A stretch of 64,000 nucleotides of DNA from positions 1-64,000 of the IMG/VR virus record IMGVR_UViG_3300014205_000172; one strand, 5' to 3'. The stretch is from a virus. Lineage: Duplodnaviria; Caudoviricetes. Below the pieces are notes generated by a model. It was given only the letters and a program-made list of their open reading frames with translations, was not told the origin of the DNA and ran no database searches. This document shows, in pieces, positions 1 to 9,357 of the stretch (the stretch's first letter is position 1; every line of letters begins with the position of its first letter). Position numbers and translations under genes: made by a program.

Positions 1-1542
1 ACTTACGAAGAAATGCGTCGTGCGGCCAATGGCTTTATCGATGTATGTAAGACAGCTCAACGTGGCGGTGGTATTGGCCGTGGTGATGACCGCACATCCG
101 CACGCCCCGTGCATGACATCGGCGCTATCGGTAATTACCGAGGTGGTAGTGATCGTGGTAACGAGAAGGCTACGTTGGATGACGGCTGGTTGGAAATTGC
201 TCGTGCTAAGCAGGGCGTAACCGATGTAGTCGAACATGTGGAGGATCGTCCTGCTACGCCACGCTATGTTGAAGAACAAGCGCGGCAAGCGCCACTGTAC
301 CGTGAGCCTGATCGTCCAGACACTGTCATCGAAGGGCCTGATTACACCAAGGCCGATCCATGGCGTGAGTTCTGGCGGCAAGGCGAACACTGGCAGGTCG
401 CCCACCATTCCAAATGGAAGCTGACTGTCGATCCAGATGCTGACATCGATGACGGTATTAAAGCAATCCCGTCGTTTTACAACATCAATACCCATCTCAA
501 ATATTACGTCAAGAATGAAAGCGGCGAAGTCCGTGAGGAGTTAATCGAAGTGAATGACGATAACAAATACCAAGCTCATCAGCTGCTTTCGTCTCAAGAC
601 GAATCGTTCAAACCACCCGTTCGTAGTGCCGGGATGTCACTGAACCCTCGCAAAGTCCAGGCGGCCGATGACGTGCTGGGTAACGATGTTCTCGATACGC
701 CGGCTCCGGCACCCGACTTGGTAGGTATTCTGGCTACGCTGGATGAAGAAAGCCTCGTTCCAAGTGGCGACAAAACCCTCATCACCGACAGCCTGGCAGC
801 ATCGGTCTTCAGCGTCCGTGCGAAAATGATCCGAGAGGGCGCGCCGACCAGCGTAGAACTCTCCGTCATGCGAACGCCGGTATTGGTGAAATCGATCGAC
901 CAGACCGAGCTGATCAACAAGGTGTTCGAAGCCCCAACCATGATGGCCGCAGCCAACGCCATGAACGAGCAGAAGCATTTGTTCGAGCCGAACTTGTGGA
1001 ACGTGCTCAACGACCGCATCACCAGCAAGTTCCATCATGCCACTCGTTATGCGTTCAGCTACGACGGCCTGGGCGGTAAAGTGAAATTCGCCCAACACTT
1101 CGATAAGGTTCTTCAGCACGTCGAAGGTAAACGTGGTAAAGAATGGGCAGCGGCCTATGCCGCGCGCGTGAAATACGTTCTGGCTTCCGCCTGTGGGCAT
1201 TTGAACGCTGAAGATTTGTCCGACGGTTTGTCGGGCTTGGGTGATCTGACGGGCATCAATGCGGTGGTTTTCTCAGACTACCAAGTCGTTGTCGCGTTGG
1301 ATTTCACACTGGACCAATTGGGATTGGGTAAGGCACTGATCGATAACCCAATGGGTCTGTCCGTATCGGGGTCGGAGCATCCGCGTCTTCACGCTGCGTT
1401 GCTGCGCGTGTACAAGAAGCTGGACGACACCTATGCGGCGATCCACATTCGCGTCGTGTTGTCGACTTCGGATAATCAGCTGGTTGAGATCGTGCCATAC
1501 AGCGCCCGCACGTCGTCCTTCGTGCTGGCTCTGCTTAACTAA
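1..1542 (+). CDS. Hypothetical jumbo-phage protein, 5'-truncated (frame open from base 1)
   Basis: Frame 1 is open from position 1 to TAA at 1540-1542 (>509 aa); phage-like codon usage; no recognisable motif. Confidence 0.75.
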   Translation, partial: TYEEMRRAANGFIDVCKTAQRGGGIGRGDDRTSARPVHDIGAIGNYRGGSDRGNEKATLDDGWLEIARAKQGVTDVVEHVEDRPATPRYVEEQARQAPLYREPDRPDTVIEGPDYTKADPWREFWRQGEHWQVAHHSKWKLTVDPDADIDDGIKAIPSFYNINTHLKYYVKNESGEVREELIEVNDDNKYQAHQLLSSQDESFKPPVRSAGMSLNPRKVQAADDVLGNDVLDTPAPAPDLVGILATLDEESLVPSGDKTLITDSLAASVFSVRAKMIREGAPTSVELSVMRTPVLVKSIDQTELINKVFEAPTMMAAANAMNEQKHLFEPNLWNVLNDRITSKFHHATRYAFSYDGLGGKVKFAQHFDKVLQHVEGKRGKEWAAAYAARVKYVLASACGHLNAEDLSDGLSGLGDLTGINAVVFSDYQVVVALDFTLDQLGLGKALIDNPMGLSVSGSEHPRLHAALLRVYKKLDDTYAAIHIRVVLSTSDNQLVEIVPYSARTSSFVLALLN

Positions 1543-1677
1543 CTGACTTCCGCTCTACAAGCCTGAAGTCGGCAACATAACGACCGTGCTAGCACGGTGT
1601 AGGTCGAGTCCGTCGTCACTAATGTGATTACGGCAGGTTGCGGGATGTCACAAATCCCGCAGTCTTGTTTTTTTTGT
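1543..1677 (+). ncRNA. Candidate structured cis-regulatory RNA (multi-hairpin leader ending in an intrinsic terminator)
   Basis: Helices CTGACTTC/GAAGTCGG (1543-50/1565-72), CGACC/GGTCG (1581-85/1602-06), CCGT.GTCAC/GTGAT.ACGG (1610-33), GCAAC/GTTGC (1572-76/1637-41), then a terminator hairpin with T-run. Confidence 0.45.
1636..1675 (+). terminator. Rho-independent terminator
   Basis: GGTTGCGGGAT-gtcacaa-ATCCCGCAGTC followed by TTGTTTTTTTT. Confidence 0.8.
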
Positions 1678-1689
1678 TTCGAGGACGCT

Positions 1690-2325
1690 ATGAACATCAT
1701 CGAGCAGCTTGCGTTTCAAGATACCGGTGGCGATTCATTTGAAGCCGCCAAGGTGGAGTATGAGATTGAGATATACCTTGAAGGTTTTGACATCGAGGAG
1801 GTGAAGGCTAAGGCTTCGTCTTACGAGGTTCAAGAGCAATGGGGTATCTACGTTCCAAAGACTGAGCAAAACGCCTCAGGCGGCTCTATGCGAGTTCGTA
1901 GGACCGATGTTACACAGGCTGAGAGTGCGTTTGTTCACACCACCAAGCTTGAACGTAAAGGTGCCGGTAAACCTGAGCATGAAGTAGCGGCTCATGAAGA
2001 CCTGTTTGACATGTATAAGTTGATGGCCGATCAGGGCTTGATCAAGACCCGTTACAACGTACCTGCTGAATTGGCTAATGGGACTAAATACGTTCTTGAA
2101 GTTGACGTGTTCTACAACAAGTTAGGTGAGTTGATTCCATGGTGTAAGATCGATGCTGAGTTTCCAGAAGGCGCCGATGTTAAGCTGACTAAGGAAGATA
2201 TTCCGTTCAGTTACTCTGACATCATCATCTGCACCCCTGAGCAGAAGGGTGAAGATAAAGCACTGGCTAAACGAATCAGTGCACTGTACGAGAAGTATTT
2301 CCGCACGCCCAATGTCGCGGTTTGA
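1690..2325 (+). CDS. CYTH / triphosphate tunnel metalloenzyme superfamily protein
   Basis: N-terminal EYEIE (ExE motif), MRVRR, KTRY, LEVDVF and IDAEF follow the CYTH pattern; RBS GAGGA at 1681 favours ATG 1690. Confidence 0.65.
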   Translation: MNIIEQLAFQDTGGDSFEAAKVEYEIEIYLEGFDIEEVKAKASSYEVQEQWGIYVPKTEQNASGGSMRVRRTDVTQAESAFVHTTKLERKGAGKPEHEVAAHEDLFDMYKLMADQGLIKTRYNVPAELANGTKYVLEVDVFYNKLGELIPWCKIDAEFPEGADVKLTKEDIPFSYSDIIICTPEQKGEDKALAKRISALYEKYFRTPNVAV

Positions 2326-2335
2326 ATGAAGACAG

Positions 2336-2368
2336 CATATAGCCCGGTCATTGCGACCGGGCTATATG
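2336..2368. terminator. Intergenic palindrome (CATA...TATG family) between convergent genes
   Basis: CATATAGCCCGGTC-attgc-GACCGGGCTATATG, 14-bp perfect stem. Confidence 0.75.
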
Positions 2369-2385
2369 ACGTTACCCAACGGGTA

Positions 2386-2811
2386 TCAGTTACCAGACAG
2401 CATGGTCGCTATGATCTTGAACATCTCAGCAATGTCCGAAGCGGCTGCTCCGCGCATCGCCATCATGATCGTAACACCCATTACCAGAAACCCAAAACCT
2501 CCCAACATGAGCTGATGGAAAGTTGTTGCGTTCATTGGCCCCATCGCTGGAGATGGTAACGGCGCAGGCTGAGGCAACTGAATACTGGACGGAGAGGGGA
2601 CGTTATCCAGACTTGCGCCATAGATCATGTCCTTCGAACCAGCGTCCAGTGACTCAATCACTAAGCGTATATCAGCAGCTTGCGCTGTAGTTGGATCTAA
2701 CTGATTGGCCTGTCCAACGAATCCGTTCACCAGGCTCACTAAGGTCCCTTCCCATGGGAATCCTACCGCTGGGTTCTTTTCCATCAACGTAAGTGCATCT
2801 TTAACGATCAT
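2386..2811 (-). CDS. Hypothetical membrane protein
   Basis: 141 aa; Pro-rich linker then a hydrophobic segment (LMLGGFGFLVMGVTIMMAM). Confidence 0.7.
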   Translation of the reverse strand: MIVKDALTLMEKNPAVGFPWEGTLVSLVNGFVGQANQLDPTTAQAADIRLVIESLDAGSKDMIYGASLDNVPSPSSIQLPQPAPLPSPAMGPMNATTFHQLMLGGFGFLVMGVTIMMAMRGAAASDIAEMFKIIATMLSGN

Positions 2812-2835
2812 GGGAACCCCCGGTTATCAATCTGT

Positions 2836-3480
2836 CTATTTCATTCCTCTCGCAGGCAATGTTAGGGCAAACTGTTCAGCTTTGCCACTTCTCAACCAAA
2901 ATGCATTCAAGCTAACTCGTGTCCCAACGGCGTGCGCTACGGCAATCGCATCGACCGCGTGTTCATCAAACCTTTCTATTGACAATCCATTGTCAAACAC
3001 AATGTTTTTATTAATACCAATCATTTCACGAATGTGTTCTTTACTATTGCCGTACTGACCAACAGGACACACTGCTTTTTTTGCACTGCCTGGAGCAACC
3101 TTTTCAAATTCTAAAGTCGTACAATAGTTGAAAGCTGTTTCTGCCAACCCGTTCATTGCCGTAGTGAGCGCAGCAAACGATTGAGCGTGAAGATGTTGAA
3201 ACGGCGATTCGCAACCAATTACATCAGGGTCAAATTCAGTAAGCACCTCCCAGAAGAACGTTGAAATGACATCCAGTCTGGCGTGCATCTTTCCACGGGC
3301 ATCTAACCTGCCTTCGTGTCGGGTGTACGCCGTTTTACTGGCAGTGAGGGTTTCAGCATGAACAACTTTGGAAATACCCGTGATGAGGTGATGATCGATG
3401 ACGGCTATCCCGACAGTATCGGTACCGTTATCGACACCTAATACGCGGTAAATGAACTTGTCGTCTGTAAGTTCGATCAT
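2836..3480 (-). CDS. ruvC: RuvC-like Holliday junction resolvase
   Basis: VLGVDNGTDTVGIAV (catalytic D), IGCESPF (E), DEHAVDAIAVA (D..D): RNase H-fold RuvC pattern. Confidence 0.8.
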   Translation of the reverse strand: MIELTDDKFIYRVLGVDNGTDTVGIAVIDHHLITGISKVVHAETLTASKTAYTRHEGRLDARGKMHARLDVISTFFWEVLTEFDPDVIGCESPFQHLHAQSFAALTTAMNGLAETAFNYCTTLEFEKVAPGSAKKAVCPVGQYGNSKEHIREMIGINKNIVFDNGLSIERFDEHAVDAIAVAHAVGTRVSLNAFWLRSGKAEQFALTLPARGMK

Positions 3481-3529
3481 GACACACCTACGTCCTCTTT
3501 CAAGGACGTAGCTCCTTAACTAACTGAGA

Positions 3530-4405
3530 CTAGGGAATAACCTTCAGCGTTGGGATTGAAGCAGTACCCAACAGCGGAACCTGGTTACCGATGTCGAATC
3601 GGATGTTCAAGGTTTGGTCATTCATGTACACCGCTTTATAGTCAGCGGCGAAGCAGTAAACCTGAGTGGCGATCGACTCAAGGAAGTTGACCTGGCCTTG
3701 TGTCGAGGTAACCTGGATGGTGCGGTCAGCGCCTGTGCACAGAGAGAACTCAGAGATGATCGCATAACGTTCATCGCCACCGTTCATAATCTTGGCCACG
3801 TTGACATACTCGGCGACATCGTTCTCGCTCAGAGGTACTTCAAAGATAGCTTTGATCGCAATCTTCACATCAGAGGCAGTAACCGCACCGGCGACTGGAA
3901 GCGTGATGGGGTCTGGGTACAGGTTTGAGGTGTCCGGTACGAACGGTTCTTCTACGGTCTGTCCGTCTTCGGTGGTCATCTTCACCATTTCGACGTTGAC
4001 TTCTTCCGGGTTGATTTCGATCCGGAGACCGTAATACGCGAAGTATTCAACCCCGGCGATATTGATCTGCAGGCGTAGTGCGTACCGACTGCGTTGTTCC
4101 AACGTCAGGTCATTGTCGATGGTGCGCAGGCAGAACGGCACTGGACCGAACAATGATGCGTCAGTGGCCATGTGGTTCTGCGGACTGGTCAGACCAATGC
4201 CCTGATTACCAGTGACGTTGATGTGACCTTTATTACCGGCCATCAAGATGCCCAACTTAACCCGCTCTGTAAGCGTGGGCACTGCCGAAGGTTCGATGTT
4301 CAACCGTTCGTTCATAGTCGAGTGATTATCGATAACCGGCGTTTTACCGATCAGCATGTGGATGAGCAACTTTGCGCCGTAGGCTGAGGCTTGTACCGTA
4401 TTCAT
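3530..4405 (-). CDS. Virion structural protein (phiKZ gp139-like)
   Basis: 291 aa in a co-oriented structural operon; H.ATDASLF..VPF..R...NDL....R.RYALR...YFAYY pattern recalled from phiKZ-like virion proteins. Confidence 0.6.
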   Translation of the reverse strand: MNTVQASAYGAKLLIHMLIGKTPVIDNHSTMNERLNIEPSAVPTLTERVKLGILMAGNKGHINVTGNQGIGLTSPQNHMATDASLFGPVPFCLRTIDNDLTLEQRSRYALRLQINIAGVEYFAYYGLRIEINPEEVNVEMVKMTTEDGQTVEEPFVPDTSNLYPDPITLPVAGAVTASDVKIAIKAIFEVPLSENDVAEYVNVAKIMNGGDERYAIISEFSLCTGADRTIQVTSTQGQVNFLESIATQVYCFAADYKAVYMNDQTLNIRFDIGNQVPLLGTASIPTLKVIP

Positions 4406-4414
4406 GAAAAATCC

Positions 4415-5455
4415 TTAACTGTTAAAGAGTGGTAATACAGAGGCCTGGTTATACGGATTATTACCAGGGATGTCGCTGCTGCTGTACTGATACCCGATCT
4501 TGATGATACCAGTCAGGTTCGTGCACAGCACCCCAAGCTCAATCGCCACAACAAAGTTATACCCGGCGTTTTCAAGAGTTTGGTCCTTAGAAACAAACCC
4601 ATTGTAAATAACCTTAGCGCCGTACAGGTTGAAGGCACTTGGTTCAGTTTGTGCCATCCAATGGTCTTTGGTCAACACCCTAAGTAACGTTGGCATTTGC
4701 CATGCTACGTCCAGCAGGTTATTGACCTTCATCGCATAAAGCATCGATTCAAGACCTCGACGCGTGGCGTGTTCTGGAAACAGCTCACGGGAAATATACA
4801 ACTCACCTTTCGGGATCAGGAGATCGACCGGAGGTACGTTCATGTTTCCATCCGCGTAGTAGGTCCGAAGGTCCAGCAGCGAATCGATCGAAATACCCAA
4901 CGATTCTACTGCCCGCCGGGTATAGATCTGTAGCTCACCAAAAAAGATCAGGTGTGTCTGTTTAAACTGCAAGGTGTAGTTACGGTTTTCCAGATACGCC
5001 GGGACGGGTTCTTGGGGGACGGGTTCACCGTTACTGCTCTCTGCATCAAAGCCATTAACCATCACATTCCTTGTAGCGTCAGGAAGCGACCGCGTGATCA
5101 ATTCCAGCTGTGCAAACTCGGGCTCAATCAAGATCCCATACTGCTGGTAGATGGCATTATAGATGTCGGTATCCGTATAGCCACTCACGTAAATGACCAA
5201 CGGCTGTCCTTTAAGGAATACCGAAGGTTCTACGCGATAATACGCCATGACCTGTTTTTCATCACCCCACCCTGTATCGGGTGAGAAACCAACCGTGATT
5301 TCAGTCAGCCCATATTCATTCATGGTGCTAGGTGGTCCAAACACTAACTGGTCTGGCTGCAGATCACGGTTGTTGTGGTCATTGATGTAATCGACCAGCA
5401 AGTCTTTACTTTTCTTACCGTAGCGCCCCAATCGAGCATCTGGCCGATGTGACAT
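4415..5455 (-). CDS. Baseplate/tail-tip structural protein (phiKZ gp130-135 paralog family)
   Basis: 346 aa; LVDYIN..N...L....L.FGPP and YYRV motif shared with neighbours; C-terminal FNLYGAKVIYNG. Confidence 0.6.
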   Translation of the reverse strand: MSHRPDARLGRYGKKSKDLLVDYINDHNNRDLQPDQLVFGPPSTMNEYGLTEITVGFSPDTGWGDEKQVMAYYRVEPSVFLKGQPLVIYVSGYTDTDIYNAIYQQYGILIEPEFAQLELITRSLPDATRNVMVNGFDAESSNGEPVPQEPVPAYLENRNYTLQFKQTHLIFFGELQIYTRRAVESLGISIDSLLDLRTYYADGNMNVPPVDLLIPKGELYISRELFPEHATRRGLESMLYAMKVNNLLDVAWQMPTLLRVLTKDHWMAQTEPSAFNLYGAKVIYNGFVSKDQTLENAGYNFVVAIELGVLCTNLTGIIKIGYQYSSSDIPGNNPYNQASVLPLFNS

Positions 5456-6066
5456 TACATAACCCTCGGTGTGTTCACAGGTGGCGCGTACACCAGACCA
5501 TCCATTACGGGGTTTGGTATCGCTGCAGCAAGCGCAATGTCTGGACCAAAATCAGGCGCCCACAGACCATCCAGAATGTTGTTCGAAAAGACCTCGGAAA
5601 GCTCTAAAGTCTCAGTAGGTTCATCAAGCACTACTGTCGTGCTACCCACCCACCTCAGTGAGTTGACTGAAGCTTTAAGTTCAAAGCTTGAGCCTTCTAC
5701 TAATGCGTTTTCAAAGTCATCGTCGGTAATGATCAATCCTGAGGCCAATGCGAGGTTATTCATCACGCCCCGCACTGTAACCGGAGGTGACACCTCTAAC
5801 GCCAGCCCTGCAAAATAGTCACTCACATTCAGACGATTATAACGATAACGAAAAGACCCAGTGTAGCGAGTCTCAATGTATTCGTCGACTGACTCATGCG
5901 CCGTGAAAGTAACCTCAGTGAGCGTCCCCCCAATTGCGGTAGGGGTACTCACTGAGACACCCTGAGGCATCATCCGCAAATTGAGATGGTTGTTGGCTAA
6001 GATCAGCAGTGCCACGGTTGGATCGTGTTTCAATAACCGTAGCGTATCAGACATGGTGTTATCCAA
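5455..6066 (-). CDS. Baseplate/tail-tip structural protein (same paralog family)
   Basis: 203 aa; FRYRYNRLNV and SLRWVGS motifs parallel those in 6075-7028; stop overlaps the next start. Confidence 0.6.
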   Translation of the reverse strand: MDNTMSDTLRLLKHDPTVALLILANNHLNLRMMPQGVSVSTPTAIGGTLTEVTFTAHESVDEYIETRYTGSFRYRYNRLNVSDYFAGLALEVSPPVTVRGVMNNLALASGLIITDDDFENALVEGSSFELKASVNSLRWVGSTTVVLDEPTETLELSEVFSNNILDGLWAPDFGPDIALAAAIPNPVMDGLVYAPPVNTPRVM

Positions 6067-6074
6067 TTAAAGAC

Positions 6075-7028
6075 TTAGACGGTTCTGTTGTACTCAATAA
6101 AAATCGAGCCAACATAGGCTAACGAGGCTTTGTTAAAGTTAACGACTGCTTTTTTACGACTGCCCACGGTTTGCGTAGGCAACGCCTCATCAGCGATGTC
6201 ATCTGCCGTGATGGTACATTTCATTGCCTCAGAAAGCTGAATTGCCAAAGCTTTAGTGGTTAACCGCTGAGGACCTGAGAGCTTTATTGATTTGTTAAAT
6301 GACCTCGGAAAACTACGACGTTGGTAAACTAGCGCTAACGATCCCACGTAGGGAATCCCATTAAACGTCAGGGTGACGCGTGTGTTATCACCATCGTGAT
6401 CAGCGCCAATCTGCTCAGGGAGTCCGTAGGTCACCATCGTCGGAGAGATGGTGGTCGGCAAGCCGGTGTTGGTCATGTTCAGCGCGAATACCAAACTACC
6501 AATAACGGACGAAGACATAAACCCAGCGTTGAATGGAATGGTCAAGACCGTGTTACGCACGAGGTCGGTAATCTCAATGGCTTGCGCACCGATCACCATG
6601 TCAACTGAACCAATCCACCGATAGGATTCCTCAGCAGCCAGTACCTCGGCGACACCTAAGGCAGTCCATGTGGCTTCCGTTACATCGCCATTAACCACGG
6701 GGATCTGAGCAGGCAGTAGCAAAGCTCTGAGGAGATCGGACGAATCAGTTGGAAGTTGTGACTGTAGGCGAAGGTCCATCCCCGCCGTGAATCCAGCCAG
6801 ATCAATCCGATCATACTCAAAGATAAACCCGCCAGTACGATCCCACAGCTCAACAGGTGCAAGCTTCTTGTCTAAGGTCGCAAAGACCTGCGTCCTTAGA
6901 CCACCCAATGAGACAGGTTTGTCTATCTTTAAATAGCTTGCTCGAAGCGGTGCACGAACCTGCTCTTGTATCTGAGCACGCACCGCTTCGAGCGGATGCA
7001 TCTTCAATAACGTTTCTGGTGCGATCAT
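6075..7028 (-). CDS. Baseplate/tail-tip structural protein (same paralog family, internal duplication)
   Basis: 317 aa; two repeats: FEYDRIDL...SYRWIGS and LVYQRRSF...SLAYVGS. Confidence 0.6.
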   Translation of the reverse strand: MIAPETLLKMHPLEAVRAQIQEQVRAPLRASYLKIDKPVSLGGLRTQVFATLDKKLAPVELWDRTGGFIFEYDRIDLAGFTAGMDLRLQSQLPTDSSDLLRALLLPAQIPVVNGDVTEATWTALGVAEVLAAEESYRWIGSVDMVIGAQAIEITDLVRNTVLTIPFNAGFMSSSVIGSLVFALNMTNTGLPTTISPTMVTYGLPEQIGADHDGDNTRVTLTFNGIPYVGSLALVYQRRSFPRSFNKSIKLSGPQRLTTKALAIQLSEAMKCTITADDIADEALPTQTVGSRKKAVVNFNKASLAYVGSIFIEYNRTV

Positions 7029-7044
7029 CTCGCCTCCCTACTCT

Positions 7045-9324
7045 TTATAGGCCGAGAAGAACAAGCCTTCGGGCATTCGTTAATGCGCTGTATCCAGGCG
7101 AGGGTGCGGCAACGAACAATGCATCGAGCGGTTTAGGCACCAGCGGACTGTATCCGTAGACGTCATTTACCTCAAGAGCATCGAGATCAACCATGGTGTC
7201 AGGGATTACCGAAATCAATGGCATCGGGTTTTCAAGAGGGTGGAGCGTATCTACCATCCCCAAGTACCTGATGTTAACCGCTACTGGAACCTTTACAAAC
7301 TGTTCTGAAGTAGTGGACCGAAGTTTCAGCATTGGCTGATGCAACGTTGCCTTTACATTCGTGACGCTTTTTTCTGTGATCTTAAGAATCGTAGGAAGCG
7401 GATTCTCAATCTCAAAAGTGGTGTCGGTAAAGATGTTTGGCAAAGACAGTTTAGGGAATTTACCATCAACGATCTTGATAGGACTGTCGTTAATCTGAGC
7501 AATAAATTGAACAGAGTAAGACGACAATGCTTTCATGATCCGGATCATTGCTGCGTGGACATCCCGCATACGCAATGAAACACCTAGGTCGGCACCTGTA
7601 GCCGTTTGCAGAATCTGATTAGCGATCGCAGCGTATTCGACCTGACCCATGGCGCTGGTATCAATCCCCAACTCCCCGAACCATTCTTCATACGTCTTGG
7701 TTTCACCCAAGTCAATACGAATGTCCATGTAGCAGCGATCAATCATGGCATGCAGTGTACCTTCGGTTTTATAGTCCCCTTGGTAATGTCGCATGTCACG
7801 AAGGTGTAACATGGACTTGTGAATGGAGACGCATGCTTCACGAAACGACTCAATACTGACAAAAGTATTGATAGGGGTCTGACTATCCAAAATGTGATTA
7901 ATGAAGTAATCAGGCACTTGTCGCTTCGAACCCATCCCACGCAGTTCAGCAAACGTAGGCGCAGTGATCGTTGGGTTAACCGGAAGTCTTACAACCCGAT
8001 TCGCACCAAGCACTGGCAGGTGTGGAAGTTTTTGGTTATTTGCTGCGTTGTATGCGTACAGATAGAAAATGAACGCATTCTTCATCGAGAGCTTGTAGAC
8101 GTCACCATTGGCCGGGTTTGTAACCGTGATCACCGATGCGTACAGATTAAAGTTCGCAAAGTAAATCCAATGGTTTAGCAGCACGTCCGTCAGCGTAAAC
8201 GGTTCGGCATCGGTACGGTCAACCACGTTCGATTCAAGAACCTTGGTTTTAAGACCGACCAGTTTGCTGTCACGCACACGCTGATTATACGTCAGCTCAA
8301 TGTCGTCACGCTCACGAGGGTTATCGCGGGCAATACCCAGTTCCATATCCAACATCTGACCCACAGTCTTACTTGGATCACCAGACGCAGGCTCAATGCC
8401 ATTAAGCGTAAAGCGATTAAGTACGACATTAGGTTCAAGGTTGGTAACCAGATCCTTATAGTCATGATCAATGCGATAGCCGGACAGGTTGTATCCCCGA
8501 TCTGTCAAGATACGATCAGTAACCAATGTCAGGATTTCTTCACGACCCAAGTTGCGGTTCAAGTACCTGATGTTACGGTACAGCCACAGCTTTTGTTTCA
8601 GGGTCATGTAGTCAAACTCTTTACCGACTTCGCTGAAGGATAAGAGATATTGACGGATGTGGTAGCTGTGAGCTTGGTCTGTCAGACACGCTGCTTTACG
8701 GATGTTGATAATCCAGTTAGCGATACGGGTCTGAAGCACCATGAACAAACCCGGATAGAAATAGGGTTCGAACAGGGTGTAGTCAATGTTGTAATACCGA
8801 ACGAAATAACGAAGAATCCGGTTCTGAAGTTCCGGAATCAATTTCTGTTCTGTGGGTTCGACCAACGACTTATCGTAAAATAAGATGGTATGGTCATCCG
8901 CTGCGTAGGCAGTGTCTATGTCGATTGGATTGACGATGCCTTTAATCAGGCTAACCTGATCCGGATACGCTTTGAGCAAGTCATTGTAGAACTTACTGCC
9001 GTAGATGTACTGCCGCTTTGTCCCTCGGTGGATCTTAAGGTTCTCAACAGTAAAGTCGATAACCTCTTCAGTATCCAACGAAATGATTTGCATGCGCGAC
9101 TGAGTGCCGCCAGACAAAGCAAGAATTTGGTCGATGTCACGCTTGTGGTATTGACCCGACAAATTCAGGTAATACTTCCACGAACGAGGATCATCTGGAT
9201 CGACAGCATATTCGAGTTGCACGAGCAGCTTATTTACAGCCGATACCTCGTACTCGCTTTTGATGATCAGCGTTGCCGCTAGACTCAAAATGCTTTTTAT
9301 ATAGAGCCGATAATAGGCGTTCAT
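7045..9324 (-). CDS. Virion structural protein (phiKZ gp128-like, probable baseplate component)
   Basis: 759 aa, divergent from the portal as in phiKZ-like genomes; WKYYLNLSGQYH, AHSYHI, LWLYRNIRYL motifs. Confidence 0.7.
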   Translation of the reverse strand: MNAYYRLYIKSILSLAATLIIKSEYEVSAVNKLLVQLEYAVDPDDPRSWKYYLNLSGQYHKRDIDQILALSGGTQSRMQIISLDTEEVIDFTVENLKIHRGTKRQYIYGSKFYNDLLKAYPDQVSLIKGIVNPIDIDTAYAADDHTILFYDKSLVEPTEQKLIPELQNRILRYFVRYYNIDYTLFEPYFYPGLFMVLQTRIANWIINIRKAACLTDQAHSYHIRQYLLSFSEVGKEFDYMTLKQKLWLYRNIRYLNRNLGREEILTLVTDRILTDRGYNLSGYRIDHDYKDLVTNLEPNVVLNRFTLNGIEPASGDPSKTVGQMLDMELGIARDNPRERDDIELTYNQRVRDSKLVGLKTKVLESNVVDRTDAEPFTLTDVLLNHWIYFANFNLYASVITVTNPANGDVYKLSMKNAFIFYLYAYNAANNQKLPHLPVLGANRVVRLPVNPTITAPTFAELRGMGSKRQVPDYFINHILDSQTPINTFVSIESFREACVSIHKSMLHLRDMRHYQGDYKTEGTLHAMIDRCYMDIRIDLGETKTYEEWFGELGIDTSAMGQVEYAAIANQILQTATGADLGVSLRMRDVHAAMIRIMKALSSYSVQFIAQINDSPIKIVDGKFPKLSLPNIFTDTTFEIENPLPTILKITEKSVTNVKATLHQPMLKLRSTTSEQFVKVPVAVNIRYLGMVDTLHPLENPMPLISVIPDTMVDLDALEVNDVYGYSPLVPKPLDALFVAAPSPGYSALTNARRLVLLGL

Positions 9325-9357
9325 GGTTTACTACCTGATCGTTTAGGAGAGCAGTTG

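Noticed and set aside
1543-1677. tRNA or a known self-cleaving ribozyme
   Set aside because: No T-loop/anticodon cloverleaf; hammerhead, twister and pistol core sequences not matched by eye. Kept only as an unclassified structured RNA
1624-1689. Upstream-extended starts from the ORF track (1624, 15225, 22695, 25134, 28540, 35335, 35843, 36623, 40417, 59263, 61163)
   Set aside because: The extensions overlap terminators, promoters or neighbouring genes; downstream ATGs have better RBS or coupling
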